In this document: positions 37,446-46,457 of the stretch, piece after piece
Layout: every line of letters begins with the position of its first letter
Numbering within the stretch: the stretch's first letter is position 1
Assembly (NCBI GenBank): GCA_943348815.1
Contig: CALQYT010000004.1
Location: 11,617 to 58,073, forward strand
Length of the DNA stretch: 46,457 bases
Reading direction: 5' to 3'
From: Candidatus Nomurabacteria bacterium
Lineage (GTDB): Bacteria; Patescibacteriota; Minisyncoccia; Phycocordibacterales; SBAW01
Translations under genes and position numbers: made by a program
The notes under the pieces: generated by a model
Database searches by the model: none
Told to the model about the DNA's origin: nothing
What the model saw: only the letters and a program-made list of their open reading frames with translations

Positions 37446-38534
37446 CTAGTCTTGTACGGCTCCCTCGGTGTAGCGTGAGTCAGTGCGGCACCAGTCAATA
37501 AACCGGGCGAGACCTTGTTGCAGACTTACCTGCGGAGCAAATTTAACGTCGGAGCGGGCTTTAGTGATGTCAGGACAGCGACGCTCGGGCTCCCCAGCGG
37601 GATAATTGGCCGGGTAGGGGATAAGCGTATACGTGGCGCCGCTTCCTTCGATTTTTACAAACAGTTCGGCGAGGTCTTTCATTGATATTTCGTTGTCTTC
37701 ATTGCCGATGTTGTACACCTCGCCAGGTTTGCCGCTCAGAAGCACTTTAAGGAAGCCGGTTGCGGCGTCGGTAATATAGCAAAACGTCCGGGTCTGTCGG
37801 CCGTGACCGTGGACCGGTATTGGTTGTTTGTTGAGTACTTTGTACGCAAACATAGGTAATACGCGACGGTCGGCGTGCCCCATGCCCGGGCCAAACACGT
37901 TGAAGGGGCGCACAGTTTTTGTCGGAATACCGTATTGTTGGTGATAAATACTGACGATGGTTTCGGCAAGACGTTTTGATTCGTCGTAGCAGGCGCGCGG
38001 TCCGACTGAAGAGACATAGCCGTGGTAGGTCTCGGGTGTTGGGACGGCCTTCGGGTCAGGATCGCCGTATATTTCGCTTGAACTGAAGAAAAAGAATCCT
38101 TCGAGATTTTTATTTTTTCGCGCGAGTTCGAGAAGATTTTTTACACCCGTGACCGCGCTTTCTATCGTCTCAAGCGGGTATTTTTTGTAATACACGGGTG
38201 AGGCGAGCCCTGCAGCGTGAATGATGTAGTGAATGTCCTCTCGCACGGGGAGCGGGTACGATACATCGCCCCACACTTCGAGCACGTCGTTGCGTCCTTT
38301 AAAGTTAAAATCCGGATGAGGCTGTCCGGTAATGAAGTTGTCTACCGAAATAATACGGCAGGGTTTTTTAAGAGTGGTGTCGTTTAAGTAACACAGAGCC
38401 CCTACCAAGTATTTGCCCAAGAACCCAGAACCGCCACTAATAAGAACGGTCTTCCCCTCAAGTTTGTGGGCTTCCTCCGAACTTAGGTTTTTTCCTATAG
38501 TCGCGATATCTTCCCAAACGATGTTTCCAGACAT
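37446..38534 (-). CDS. UDP-glucuronate decarboxylase-like SDR
   Basis: SGGSGFLG, HAAGLASPVYY, SSSEIYGDP, GPRACYDESKR, RPFNVFGP, QTRTFCY, RRCPDI. Confidence 0.88.
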   Translation of the reverse strand: MSGNIVWEDIATIGKNLSSEEAHKLEGKTVLISGGSGFLGKYLVGALCYLNDTTLKKPCRIISVDNFITGQPHPDFNFKGRNDVLEVWGDVSYPLPVREDIHYIIHAAGLASPVYYKKYPLETIESAVTGVKNLLELARKNKNLEGFFFFSSSEIYGDPDPKAVPTPETYHGYVSSVGPRACYDESKRLAETIVSIYHQQYGIPTKTVRPFNVFGPGMGHADRRVLPMFAYKVLNKQPIPVHGHGRQTRTFCYITDAATGFLKVLLSGKPGEVYNIGNEDNEISMKDLAELFVKIEGSGATYTLIPYPANYPAGEPERRCPDITKARSDVKFAPQVSLQQGLARFIDWCRTDSRYTEGAVQD

Positions 38535-38592
38535 AGTTCAACACTTTAGCATGGGCTAAAAAAGATGACCAGGACTTTTGAGGCTCTCGTTT

Positions 38593-39771
38593 TTAGCTAA
38601 CTTCTCGTGGGGGGATGGGTATCAAGTAGCGATAGTTGCCCGCGCTTGTCTTTTTCTTAATATCGTCAAAATACTCGTAGGCAAACACAACGAGGAGGTC
38701 AGGTTTATGGGCTTCCAAATACTCTTTTGGCACAATCGGTATATGAGTCCCTGGGCTGTGACGGCCTTGTTTGAGGGGGCTATCGTCGACAATAAACTCA
38801 ATCAATGAAGGTCCGATGTTTCCATAATTGCAAATAGTGGCTACGCGCGCCGGCGAGCTATAGCCGGCAACTTTGACGTCCGAGGCTTTGTACTCCAAGA
38901 GTTTATCTTTAAACGCGGTCAGGTAGGTGTTGACCGTGTTTTTGAATTGTTCCAAAGTTGATACGGTCAGTGTCTGTTCTTCTTGCGCAAGCAGTTCCAT
39001 TACCCGTGCCGACGCCGCGCCGCTACCGTTGCGTGCCGTAACGCGGATAGAACCACCGTGCGGAGCTATCTTTTCCACATCGGCGACGTACATTCCGTGC
39101 TTCTCAAAAAGATTTTTTAGAGAAGTAAGGGAATAATAAAATATACGGTCTAAGTAGAATCTCTCAAATTGGGTCCGTTCTACAATATCCCCGATGTACT
39201 CAACTTCGATGATAAAGTCGCCCGTTTCAGTCATGAGATCTTTTACCGCATCGATAAAGGAGTGAGGATCTTCCAGGTGGGTAAAGATGCTGCTAGCGAC
39301 TACGACATCCGGTCTCCCATATTCTTTTTTTACCTGTTCAGCGGCCTCCGTGTTAAAGAATGAAACTATGGTGGTGAGTCCAGCATCATTGGCAATTTTC
39401 CCCACGTTGACCGAAGGGTCAATGCCGATGGCCTTTACCCCGAGCGCTTTGAGAGGTTTTAGGAGTATCCCGTCGTTCGAACCCACATCGACCACAAATT
39501 TTGCCGAAGAGAGCTGTTTAGCCAGTTCTTCAAAATGTCGCACGAGGCCGAGGTTGACTGAGGAGAGATAAAAATAATCTACGAACATCCGTTCGCGGGA
39601 AACGATAGTGCCCAGTTGCACGTTCTTGCAATTGGTACAAAAGAATACGGTAAGCGGAAAAAAGTCTTCTGTCTTAAACTCAGTCTCCAGAGGATATTTG
39701 TTAGCGAGGGGTTGTTTCCCTAGATTGAGAAACTCAACCGCAGTGTCTTTTTCGCACAGATGGCATTTCAT
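38593..39771 (-). CDS. NDP-sugar C-methyltransferase (N-terminal Zn-binding domain)
   Basis: CHLC..LGKQPLAN..CTNCKNVQL, DVGSNDG, PHGGSIR, DDSPLKQGRHSPGTHIPI. Confidence 0.85.
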   Translation of the reverse strand: MKCHLCEKDTAVEFLNLGKQPLANKYPLETEFKTEDFFPLTVFFCTNCKNVQLGTIVSRERMFVDYFYLSSVNLGLVRHFEELAKQLSSAKFVVDVGSNDGILLKPLKALGVKAIGIDPSVNVGKIANDAGLTTIVSFFNTEAAEQVKKEYGRPDVVVASSIFTHLEDPHSFIDAVKDLMTETGDFIIEVEYIGDIVERTQFERFYLDRIFYYSLTSLKNLFEKHGMYVADVEKIAPHGGSIRVTARNGSGAASARVMELLAQEEQTLTVSTLEQFKNTVNTYLTAFKDKLLEYKASDVKVAGYSSPARVATICNYGNIGPSLIEFIVDDSPLKQGRHSPGTHIPIVPKEYLEAHKPDLLVVFAYEYFDDIKKKTSAGNYRYLIPIPPREVS

Positions 39772-39854
39772 GTGATTATTTGATGGTAAGGGCGATTACC
39801 CAATTACTATACTACAGGCAGGCTTTTTGTTTTTGAAAACGGTATAGTAAGGGC

Positions 39855-40568
39855 GTGACCAAAAGCAGGCTAGAAAACGTGCTCGAGCGGATGCGGCTAT
39901 ATACGGATTGGTACAAAGTTACCCTGCCACTTAACCGCTTGCTCGATTACTGCAATATTAATCCGCGCGTGCATCTGCACAATGGGATGCAGTTTGTGGT
40001 GCGGATTTTTTCTGACGATCTCAATATTATTGCCGAGGTGGTTGGGCGCGACTCCTATGGAATTGAAGACTTAGCTCTCAGGGACGACGCGCTCGTTGTT
40101 GATGTCGGCGCCAACGTCGGCGTTTTTAGTGCGTGGATAAAACATCTCCACCCTAATGCCCACTTGGTGGCCTACGAGCCGCACCCTGCCAATTTACTGC
40201 TCCTGCAAGAAAACGCACCCTTTGCCACTATTCATGCCGAGGCAGTCGTAGGCACTGAGGGCGAGGTGCATATCGAGGCCGAGGGACACACCTCCGCACT
40301 TAAGTTGGCTAAAGTAGGGGTCGCGGTACGGGCAATAACACTCGAGCAGGCGTTGGCGCCATTGCTCAAAGTCGATTTACTCAAGGTGGATATCGAAGGC
40401 TCCGAGTACGACGTGTTTATGCACACTCCCCCGAGTGCGATGCAAAAGGTGCAGCAGGCGGTTGTCGAAGTACATCACGACGATTGGCGCGAGTGGTTTG
40501 AAAATTATTTTAAAACCTGCGGTTTTGCGGTGCATTGGAGTGAGGATTTATTGGTCGCCAAACGGTAA
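39855..40568 (+). CDS. FkbM family methyltransferase
   Basis: VDVGANVG, AYEPHP, LLKVDIEGSE, VEVH. Confidence 0.88.
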   Translation: MTKSRLENVLERMRLYTDWYKVTLPLNRLLDYCNINPRVHLHNGMQFVVRIFSDDLNIIAEVVGRDSYGIEDLALRDDALVVDVGANVGVFSAWIKHLHPNAHLVAYEPHPANLLLLQENAPFATIHAEAVVGTEGEVHIEAEGHTSALKLAKVGVAVRAITLEQALAPLLKVDLLKVDIEGSEYDVFMHTPPSAMQKVQQAVVEVHHDDWREWFENYFKTCGFAVHWSEDLLVAKR

Positions 40569-40591
40569 TGTTTTTGTGTTAGAGTGCTCGC

Positions 40592-42301
40592 ATGTGTGCC
40601 ATTGCCGGTGTTACGGCTCCGGATAAAGGGTTAGTCGAGCGGATGAATGCGCTCATGGCTCATCGTGGGCCCGACGATACGGGCGTTTTTTTCGACCACC
40701 AGGTGGCGCTTGGACACAACCGGCTTTCGATCATCGACCTTACGCCGGGCGGACATCAGCCCATGGCGGCGGGCGAGTTACAAATTACCTTCAACGGCGA
40801 GATCTATAACTACCGCGAGTTGCGCGAGGGTTTAAAAAAAGCAGGCGAACAGTTTGTGAGCGAAAGCGATACCGAAGTTATTGTGCGCGGCTATGCGCGC
40901 GAGGGCGTAGCATTTTTTAACAAACTACGCGGGATGTGGGCATTTGCGATTTATGATCCCAAAGCGGGGAAGTTAGTGCTGTCTCGTGACGCGTTTGGTA
41001 TTAAGCCACTTTACTATTATCAAAAAGGTAAGCAGTTTGCATTTGCCTCTGAGTTGCGGGGCTTGCGACCAGTACTTGAGCTCTTTGGTCATACTGACAA
41101 TGTACTCGCGCACCATTTATATTTTTTGTTTGGCTACATACCCGCACCGCATTCGCCGTTTGTAGAGGTTAAAAAAGTTCTCCCCGGCGAGGTGTTGATC
41201 TATGATCTGGCGACGCAGACTCTTGCACACAGCAAATTGGTGCCCGAAGTCGCTGACACGCCGCGTACGCTTGATGAAGCATTGGGAGACAGTGTACGTG
41301 CGCACTTTGTGGCCGATGTGCCGGTTTGCCTCTTTTATTCAGGTGGCATCGATTCCACCTTGTTGCTGGCAAAGGCTCGTGAGTTGGGATTTAACCCCGA
41401 GCCGTTTTTCTTGCATATCCCCAACCGACTCGACAACGAGTATGCGGTTGCCGCAGCCAAAGAGCTTGGGGTTAAGCTCACAAGTTTTGACTTTAGTCCT
41501 AAGCAAGCGCTTGAACGTTTTTTGTCGCTCCGAGAATCATTGGATGAGCCGTTCGCAGATACGTCGTATATTCCGACGGAATATCTGTCAGAGCAGGTAG
41601 CCCGAACGCACAAGGTGGTGCTCTCGGGCGAAGGGGGTGATGAGTTTTTTGGCGGCTATCACCGGCACAATCATTTGCTTGGTCTCCAAAAAGGAATGCG
41701 ATTGGTGCCCGAAGCGCTAGTTGCCAGGTTGCCCGCACGTTTGCGCCGTGCCGCAGAATCTAAGATCAATCGTGATCCGTATGCAGCCTATTTGGAATTT
41801 GTACGCGTCGATGAGGGTCTTGTCTCGCGCACTGAGGCTTTGGAGTTTTTGCACGAGCGGGTAGCGGCGCGCGACGAACTTGGGCTCGCCTTTGATCAGG
41901 AAGTTTATTTGCCGGATGATTTGTTGTTTAAAATCGATCGCGCCGGCATGCGGCATGGGCTTGAGGGTCGTGTGCCGTTTTTGGATACGCAGTTTTTTGC
42001 CGCAGCGCGCCAACATAGTGCGCGCGAACGGCACGGCGGCTCGCCAAGCGGCAAAGGCATGCTCAAAGATTTGTTGCGCAACTATTTGCCCGAGCAATTG
42101 GTTGAGCGCCCCAAACAAGGTTTTAGTATCTCGCTTGCGGTGCTCAAAGATGTACCGCAGGAAGTGAAACAAGAAGCGCTTGCTTACGCGCAGCAACATG
42201 CAGAGCTCATTCCACTAGATCCGGCTCAGGCATTACAGCATCCACAGAGTGCGTACGCTCTATTGATTTGGACGGCGTGGCACAAAAACTTTTTTAAGTA
42301 A
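40592..42301 (+). CDS. asnB: Asparagine synthase-like glutamine-dependent amidotransferase (glycan amidation)
   Basis: MCAIAG, HRGPD, HNRLSIIDL, FNGEIYN, SDTEV, SGGIDS, LSGEGGDEFFGGY, EGRVPFLD, RPKQGF. Confidence 0.92.
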   Translation: MCAIAGVTAPDKGLVERMNALMAHRGPDDTGVFFDHQVALGHNRLSIIDLTPGGHQPMAAGELQITFNGEIYNYRELREGLKKAGEQFVSESDTEVIVRGYAREGVAFFNKLRGMWAFAIYDPKAGKLVLSRDAFGIKPLYYYQKGKQFAFASELRGLRPVLELFGHTDNVLAHHLYFLFGYIPAPHSPFVEVKKVLPGEVLIYDLATQTLAHSKLVPEVADTPRTLDEALGDSVRAHFVADVPVCLFYSGGIDSTLLLAKARELGFNPEPFFLHIPNRLDNEYAVAAAKELGVKLTSFDFSPKQALERFLSLRESLDEPFADTSYIPTEYLSEQVARTHKVVLSGEGGDEFFGGYHRHNHLLGLQKGMRLVPEALVARLPARLRRAAESKINRDPYAAYLEFVRVDEGLVSRTEALEFLHERVAARDELGLAFDQEVYLPDDLLFKIDRAGMRHGLEGRVPFLDTQFFAAARQHSARERHGGSPSGKGMLKDLLRNYLPEQLVERPKQGFSISLAVLKDVPQEVKQEALAYAQQHAELIPLDPAQALQHPQSAYALLIWTAWHKNFFK

Positions 42302-43428
42302 TGTCAGAGCGACTCTCAAACTTAGTGCTACTCGTGCGCTGCTACGGGCGTTTTTTGTTGCACGGTCGCGCTAACGCACAAGTAACCAATCCCCGCTGTG
42401 TGGTGATAGTCCAGTTTGGCAAGTTAGGCGACATGGTATGCACGACACCGGTGTTTCGCGCCATTAAACAAAAGTTTCCGCAGGCACGCGTTGTGGTGGT
42501 GGGAGACAGGGCGGGTGGATCGGTGCTTGCGGGTAATGCTGATGTCGACCGCTATATTATTTGTGGCAAACAGGATGTTGCAAAAACTCTCGCCGCATTA
42601 CGCGAGGAGACACCTGACGCAGGGCTCACCGCGGGCCCCAGTATGCGCGGCTTTGCACTCTTGTATTTAGCCGGTGCACATTTGGTAGTCGCTCCCCAAG
42701 TGGTGGGACGCAAGAGCTCAGAGGGTACTTTTTATAAACTGGTGCGTATGCTCGGTGTTTTACGCCCGCACCGCATTGGGCAATACGCCCCGCGCGAGTA
42801 TCTTAACTTGCTCGAGCCGTTCGGCATCACTACCGACGATACGACCAAACATCTCGCAGTTGCCACAGAAGCCAAAGAGCGCGTAGAAAATTTTTTGCAA
42901 GAAAAAGGTTTGGCAGACGCGCGATTGATCGGCATCGCTTCCTCGGCGGGTAACAAACTCAAAAACTGGCCGGCCGAGCGTTTGGCTGCCGTGGCTGATT
43001 ATTGTGCACAAAAATATAACGCTCGGGTTGTGGTATTGGGAGCACCAAGCGACAAGCCAGAGAGCGACGCCCTCATCCGATCTGCAAAAATTACGCCACT
43101 CGATACCACCGGACTTTTTAGTATCGAAGAGCTAAAAGCACTTATTGCACAGCTGGAAGTCTTTATTGGCGTTGATACCGGGCCTATCTATATTGCCGAA
43201 GCGCTCGGGGTGCCCACCATCGACATCGTGGGGCCGATGGATGAAAACGAACAACCACCGCGTGGCCCGCGCAACCTGGTAGTAGTGCCGCCGTTTGAGC
43301 GCACGCCGGAGCTGTTTATCATGAGTCCGGGGATTTATAACGAAACAGAGGCTCGACGACAGGCGCAGAGTATTACCGTCAAACAGGTTACCGACGCCGT
43401 TGATGTGCTTATGGCACGTAAATCTTAA
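42301..43428 (+). CDS. Glycosyltransferase family 9 (heptosyltransferase-like)
   Basis: KLGDMVCTTP, KNWPAER, FIGVDTGPIYIAEALGVPT. Confidence 0.88.
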   Translation: MSERLSNLVLLVRCYGRFLLHGRANAQVTNPRCVVIVQFGKLGDMVCTTPVFRAIKQKFPQARVVVVGDRAGGSVLAGNADVDRYIICGKQDVAKTLAALREETPDAGLTAGPSMRGFALLYLAGAHLVVAPQVVGRKSSEGTFYKLVRMLGVLRPHRIGQYAPREYLNLLEPFGITTDDTTKHLAVATEAKERVENFLQEKGLADARLIGIASSAGNKLKNWPAERLAAVADYCAQKYNARVVVLGAPSDKPESDALIRSAKITPLDTTGLFSIEELKALIAQLEVFIGVDTGPIYIAEALGVPTIDIVGPMDENEQPPRGPRNLVVVPPFERTPELFIMSPGIYNETEARRQAQSITVKQVTDAVDVLMARKS

Positions 43429-44899
43429 AACGATCTACGGTTTGTACTAATTTAAGGTGGCTTACATCCCACGAGTCGCTTTGGTCTTTAATCACCAACG
43501 TGATGCCAAGTTTTTGTACCGCAGCAGCGTTGAGTTGCTGCGGCAGCGCTGCCACCGCATCCAAATAGCCCGGTGGAGCAACGTAGAGTTTGGCGTAAGC
43601 ATTATTCGGCGTATCGGCGCTAGTGTAAATAGGGAGATATTGCGAGATGTCAGGGTTGGCATAGACTACTTGTTTTGGCTGCGAGCGGAGATAGTCGACC
43701 AATGGTGCGTAGGCTTGTGCGGCCGTGGCTACTGAGTCGAATCGGTTATAAAAATTTACTTGGGCCACTACTGCTGTGGCAACGAGCATGATTGAAACAA
43801 CGGCAGCTACGGGTAGCTGTATTTTTGGCGCAAAGCGCTCGAGTAGCTTCCAGAGTACAAGCGCCAGCACGATACCAACAAATGGTTTGGTGATGTACCA
43901 GTGGAAGTGCCCGGGTTGCACGTATACTCCCGTGAGTACTTGCTGATTGAGCACTATGGCTAGTGAGACTGAACAAAGCACGAAAAACGTGCGGGCCTCG
44001 CTGCCAAGAAGTGATTTGGAAAACCACGAGACCACGAGTAGTACCACAACCCACACGCCAACCACAGGCGCATGGCTGTGCAAAATTTCTTGTGCAGCTG
44101 CGGCGGCCGCATAGCCCGGGTAACTATGAGAGGCGATACTGTTGAGTACAAAGGGGATGTCGAGTAGGAGTGCAACCACTCCCGCGAGGAAAAATCGCAA
44201 ACTTTGCGAGTAGTGTTTTAGCCAAAACTGGTAGAGAAACCATAGCCCCATGCATGCACCTAAAAATGACCATACATACGGCGACAGATAGAGGCTTGCC
44301 CCAGTGATAACGCCAAGTAACAGCACTGCAGGCCACGTTGCGTTGGCGCGCATTCGGTAGAGCAACCACAGCCCGCCAAATAAAAACACACCGCTTAACT
44401 CAGGGTTGATGGGTCGCCCCCAAATAACCCCAAGAATACTGTCGCCGCTCATAACAACGGTGGCGAGCATGCCGGTCAGCGCTGCAAACAACGCGGCTAG
44501 ACGCGCGCCGCTCAGCTCGAGTGCCAGCCCGTAGATGAATAAAAAGATAATCAGCGGCAAAACTACTTTGGCCACAAGATTTATTTGTGTGGCGCTGAGG
44601 CCGACACCCATGCCTGCGTATGCAACCAAATCTTCGCCCAAACCGGGGCTCAGGTATGGGATGTTTTTAAAAGGTAAGAAGGTATTGCCAAGCAGGGGAT
44701 GACCGTCATAAACCTCTTGCATGCGCGCCAAATAATGCTCCTCGGCATCATGACCCATCATCGCGATGCCGCGATACGCAGGGCCGTGCGCAAAGTAGGC
44801 ATACGGAGCAACCATAAGGATGCCCATACAAAGCGCCAGTACGTACGCTGCCGCGTGCGTGTGCAAATGCGAGCTAACCTTCGCTATGGTAGATGACAT
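43409..44899 (-). CDS. Polytopic membrane protein, possible GT-C glycosyltransferase
   Basis: ~11-12 TM segments with an acidic first loop (HDAEEHY); adjacent to a GtrA gene. Confidence 0.7.
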   Translation of the reverse strand: MSSTIAKVSSHLHTHAAAYVLALCMGILMVAPYAYFAHGPAYRGIAMMGHDAEEHYLARMQEVYDGHPLLGNTFLPFKNIPYLSPGLGEDLVAYAGMGVGLSATQINLVAKVVLPLIIFLFIYGLALELSGARLAALFAALTGMLATVVMSGDSILGVIWGRPINPELSGVFLFGGLWLLYRMRANATWPAVLLLGVITGASLYLSPYVWSFLGACMGLWFLYQFWLKHYSQSLRFFLAGVVALLLDIPFVLNSIASHSYPGYAAAAAAQEILHSHAPVVGVWVVVLLVVSWFSKSLLGSEARTFFVLCSVSLAIVLNQQVLTGVYVQPGHFHWYITKPFVGIVLALVLWKLLERFAPKIQLPVAAVVSIMLVATAVVAQVNFYNRFDSVATAAQAYAPLVDYLRSQPKQVVYANPDISQYLPIYTSADTPNNAYAKLYVAPPGYLDAVAALPQQLNAAAVQKLGITLVIKDQSDSWDVSHLKLVQTVDRFKIYVP

Positions 44900-45266
44900 G
44901 TTTGCTTATTGAAAACGTTAGTAGAGTAGTGATGAGTGCACTAATGCAGATGGAGATTAGATAGTGCAAACCTAGGATGCTCGTACCAACGTACACTATT
45001 GCAGTGTTAATGCAGAATACGAGACCATAACTTGCCAGAAATAAAAAATACTTTTTAAGATAGGCACTTCGTTCATGTTCAGGAAAAGTGAAAAACGCGT
45101 TGAGTACAAAGGTTAGGCTCCAACTGAAAAGCAGTGCTAGTACAAATGCCCAGAGATACCATACCTGTGCCCATACCACGAGCCCGTGAGTAATTCCGAG
45201 GTTAATCAAAAGACCAATGCCGCCTACCGTACAAAATTTTATAAATTGCCAAAAGTTTTTGTGCAT
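44874..45266 (-). CDS. GtrA family flippase
   Basis: QFIKFCTVG, FVLNAFFTF, 4 TM segments, 130 aa. Confidence 0.85.
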   Translation of the reverse strand: MHKNFWQFIKFCTVGGIGLLINLGITHGLVVWAQVWYLWAFVLALLFSWSLTFVLNAFFTFPEHERSAYLKKYFLFLASYGLVFCINTAIVYVGTSILGLHYLISICISALITTLLTFSISKHVIYHSEG

Positions 45267-45270
45267 AGTT

Positions 45271-46029
45271 TTATTTCTTGAGGCCGGTCAATATCCAGCC
45301 CATACCATTCTTGGGTGCTGTAATTGTAACCGTAAGTCCGAGCCCTTGACTAAGTGCAAACACTTCTTCCTTGCGCCAATAATGTGCGACCGCAGGGATT
45401 AGCTGGTCGAACGCAATACTATGTACGTGCCAGTATTCAAATCCTGCAAGCTGGCGCGAGTACGCATCGCGTAAGATGCCCAGTTTAATAAATGTGTACC
45501 AGGGGAGGGAAAGGGCATACGTAATAGTGTGCACCAGGAAAAGCGGTAACCGAGAAGTAATGAGCCGCAAGGTATTGAGGAGAGGAACCTTTAGTTCGTT
45601 GCCTTCGTAGCTATATACCCAAACCACTAACGTGCCGCCGTGCCGGAGTGCGCGGGTAAAATTTTCTAGCGCGAGACGTGGATTGCGAAGATGGTGGAGC
45701 ACCCCGATGCACATGACGATATCAAACTCTTCGTGCCACGGCGTGTGTGATATATCACAGCGCTCGACGGTTGCTTGGGGAAATTCGGCAAGTGTGTGAC
45801 GTGCCGACACAAGAGACTGCTCGTCGTTGTCAAAGGCTACCAGATGTTTAGCCCCCCAGCGTAGCGGCCAATAGCTGTTGCGCCCCATCCCGCAACCAGC
45901 ATCAAGAACATCCTTGCCCGCAAAATCCTCGGGGCCCATATCACTCCAATTTCGGAATTGTCCCTCATATGCTGGCGTCAGACGGGCGTACTTTTTCCAC
46001 TCGTAGCCAAAGCGTTCTTCAGATGCCAT
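45271..46029 (-). CDS. Class I SAM-dependent methyltransferase
   Basis: FGYEW, VLDAGCGMGR, IGVLHHL, GGTLVVWVY. Confidence 0.88.
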   Translation of the reverse strand: MASEERFGYEWKKYARLTPAYEGQFRNWSDMGPEDFAGKDVLDAGCGMGRNSYWPLRWGAKHLVAFDNDEQSLVSARHTLAEFPQATVERCDISHTPWHEEFDIVMCIGVLHHLRNPRLALENFTRALRHGGTLVVWVYSYEGNELKVPLLNTLRLITSRLPLFLVHTITYALSLPWYTFIKLGILRDAYSRQLAGFEYWHVHSIAFDQLIPAVAHYWRKEEVFALSQGLGLTVTITAPKNGMGWILTGLKK

Positions 46030-46036
46030 GGAGTTG

Positions 46037-46457
46037 TTATTGCCACGTATCGTACCACAATTGGAAAATCAAAAGATTCCAAAGTTGTTTGGCATGATTG
46101 CGACCGGCAAGATGTTCGGCCACCAAACGCGAAACCTCTTTTGGTTCAAAAATTTCCGACTTTTGCACGCGGGCAGGGCTAAGCATTTCTTGCATGAGAT
46201 CTTTCAACTCGCTGCGCAGCCAGGCAGCGGTGGGGGCTGCAAAACCTTGTTTCGGACGATCCAAAATTTGATCGGGTAATTTCCCGTGCATGAGGGTACG
46301 CAACAACTGTTTGCCGCGGCCGTTTTTGTATTTAAATTCCGGCGGTAGCGCGAGTAAAAACTCCACGAGATCGTGGCTCAAAAATGGTGCGCGGACCTCA
46401 AGCCCAAAGCGCATGCTCGCACGGTCAACTTTTACGAGCACCTGATCCATCAAGTAG
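46037..46457 (-). CDS. asnB: Second asparagine synthase-like amidotransferase, C-terminal part (truncated by window edge)
   Basis: LVKVDRASMRFGLEVRAPFL, RPKQGF, LWNLLIFQLW. Confidence 0.88.
   Translation of the reverse strand, partial: YLMDQVLVKVDRASMRFGLEVRAPFLSHDLVEFLLALPPEFKYKNGRGKQLLRTLMHGKLPDQILDRPKQGFAAPTAAWLRSELKDLMQEMLSPARVQKSEIFEPKEVSRLVAEHLAGRNHAKQLWNLLIFQLWYDTWQ

Overview
Chromosomal window from a Patescibacteria (CPR) genome, most likely Parcubacteria/OD1. Evidence: the 16S 530-loop reads GCAGGAGCGG with a compensating UCC, the gene set is typical of CPR, and TGA is used as a stop (code 11). It contains housekeeping genes (rodA, folD, secD/secF, murD/murC, rsmI), two pilin-like secreted proteins, a VirD4-like ATPase next to a ComEA fusion, a stand-alone 16S rRNA, tRNA-Ile(GAT) and tRNA-Leu(CAG), a free-standing LAGLIDADG gene running into tRNA-Leu, and an ~18 kb mosaic surface-glycan cluster (28.6-46.5 kb). 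The most striking pattern concerns gene-expression grammar. (1) The 16S 3' tail lacks the anti-Shine-Dalgarno (GAACAAUUCAAAU instead of GAUCACCUCCUUA). (2) About a dozen first-in-operon core genes have a -10 box only 6-8 nt before the start codon (leaderless), and internal genes are stop/start coupled. (3) A separate class of small stand-alone cassettes has its own promoter, leader, SD-like motif and terminator. (4) Two unannotated structured RNAs (96-380 and ~17368-17451) share a GGAGGUG-led three-way junction with a cUUCGg hairpin, and the larger one ends in a tRNA-like cloverleaf. All calls were made by eye, without database searches or folding software. Several start codons were moved downstream of the supplied ORF track using promoter position or gene overlap.
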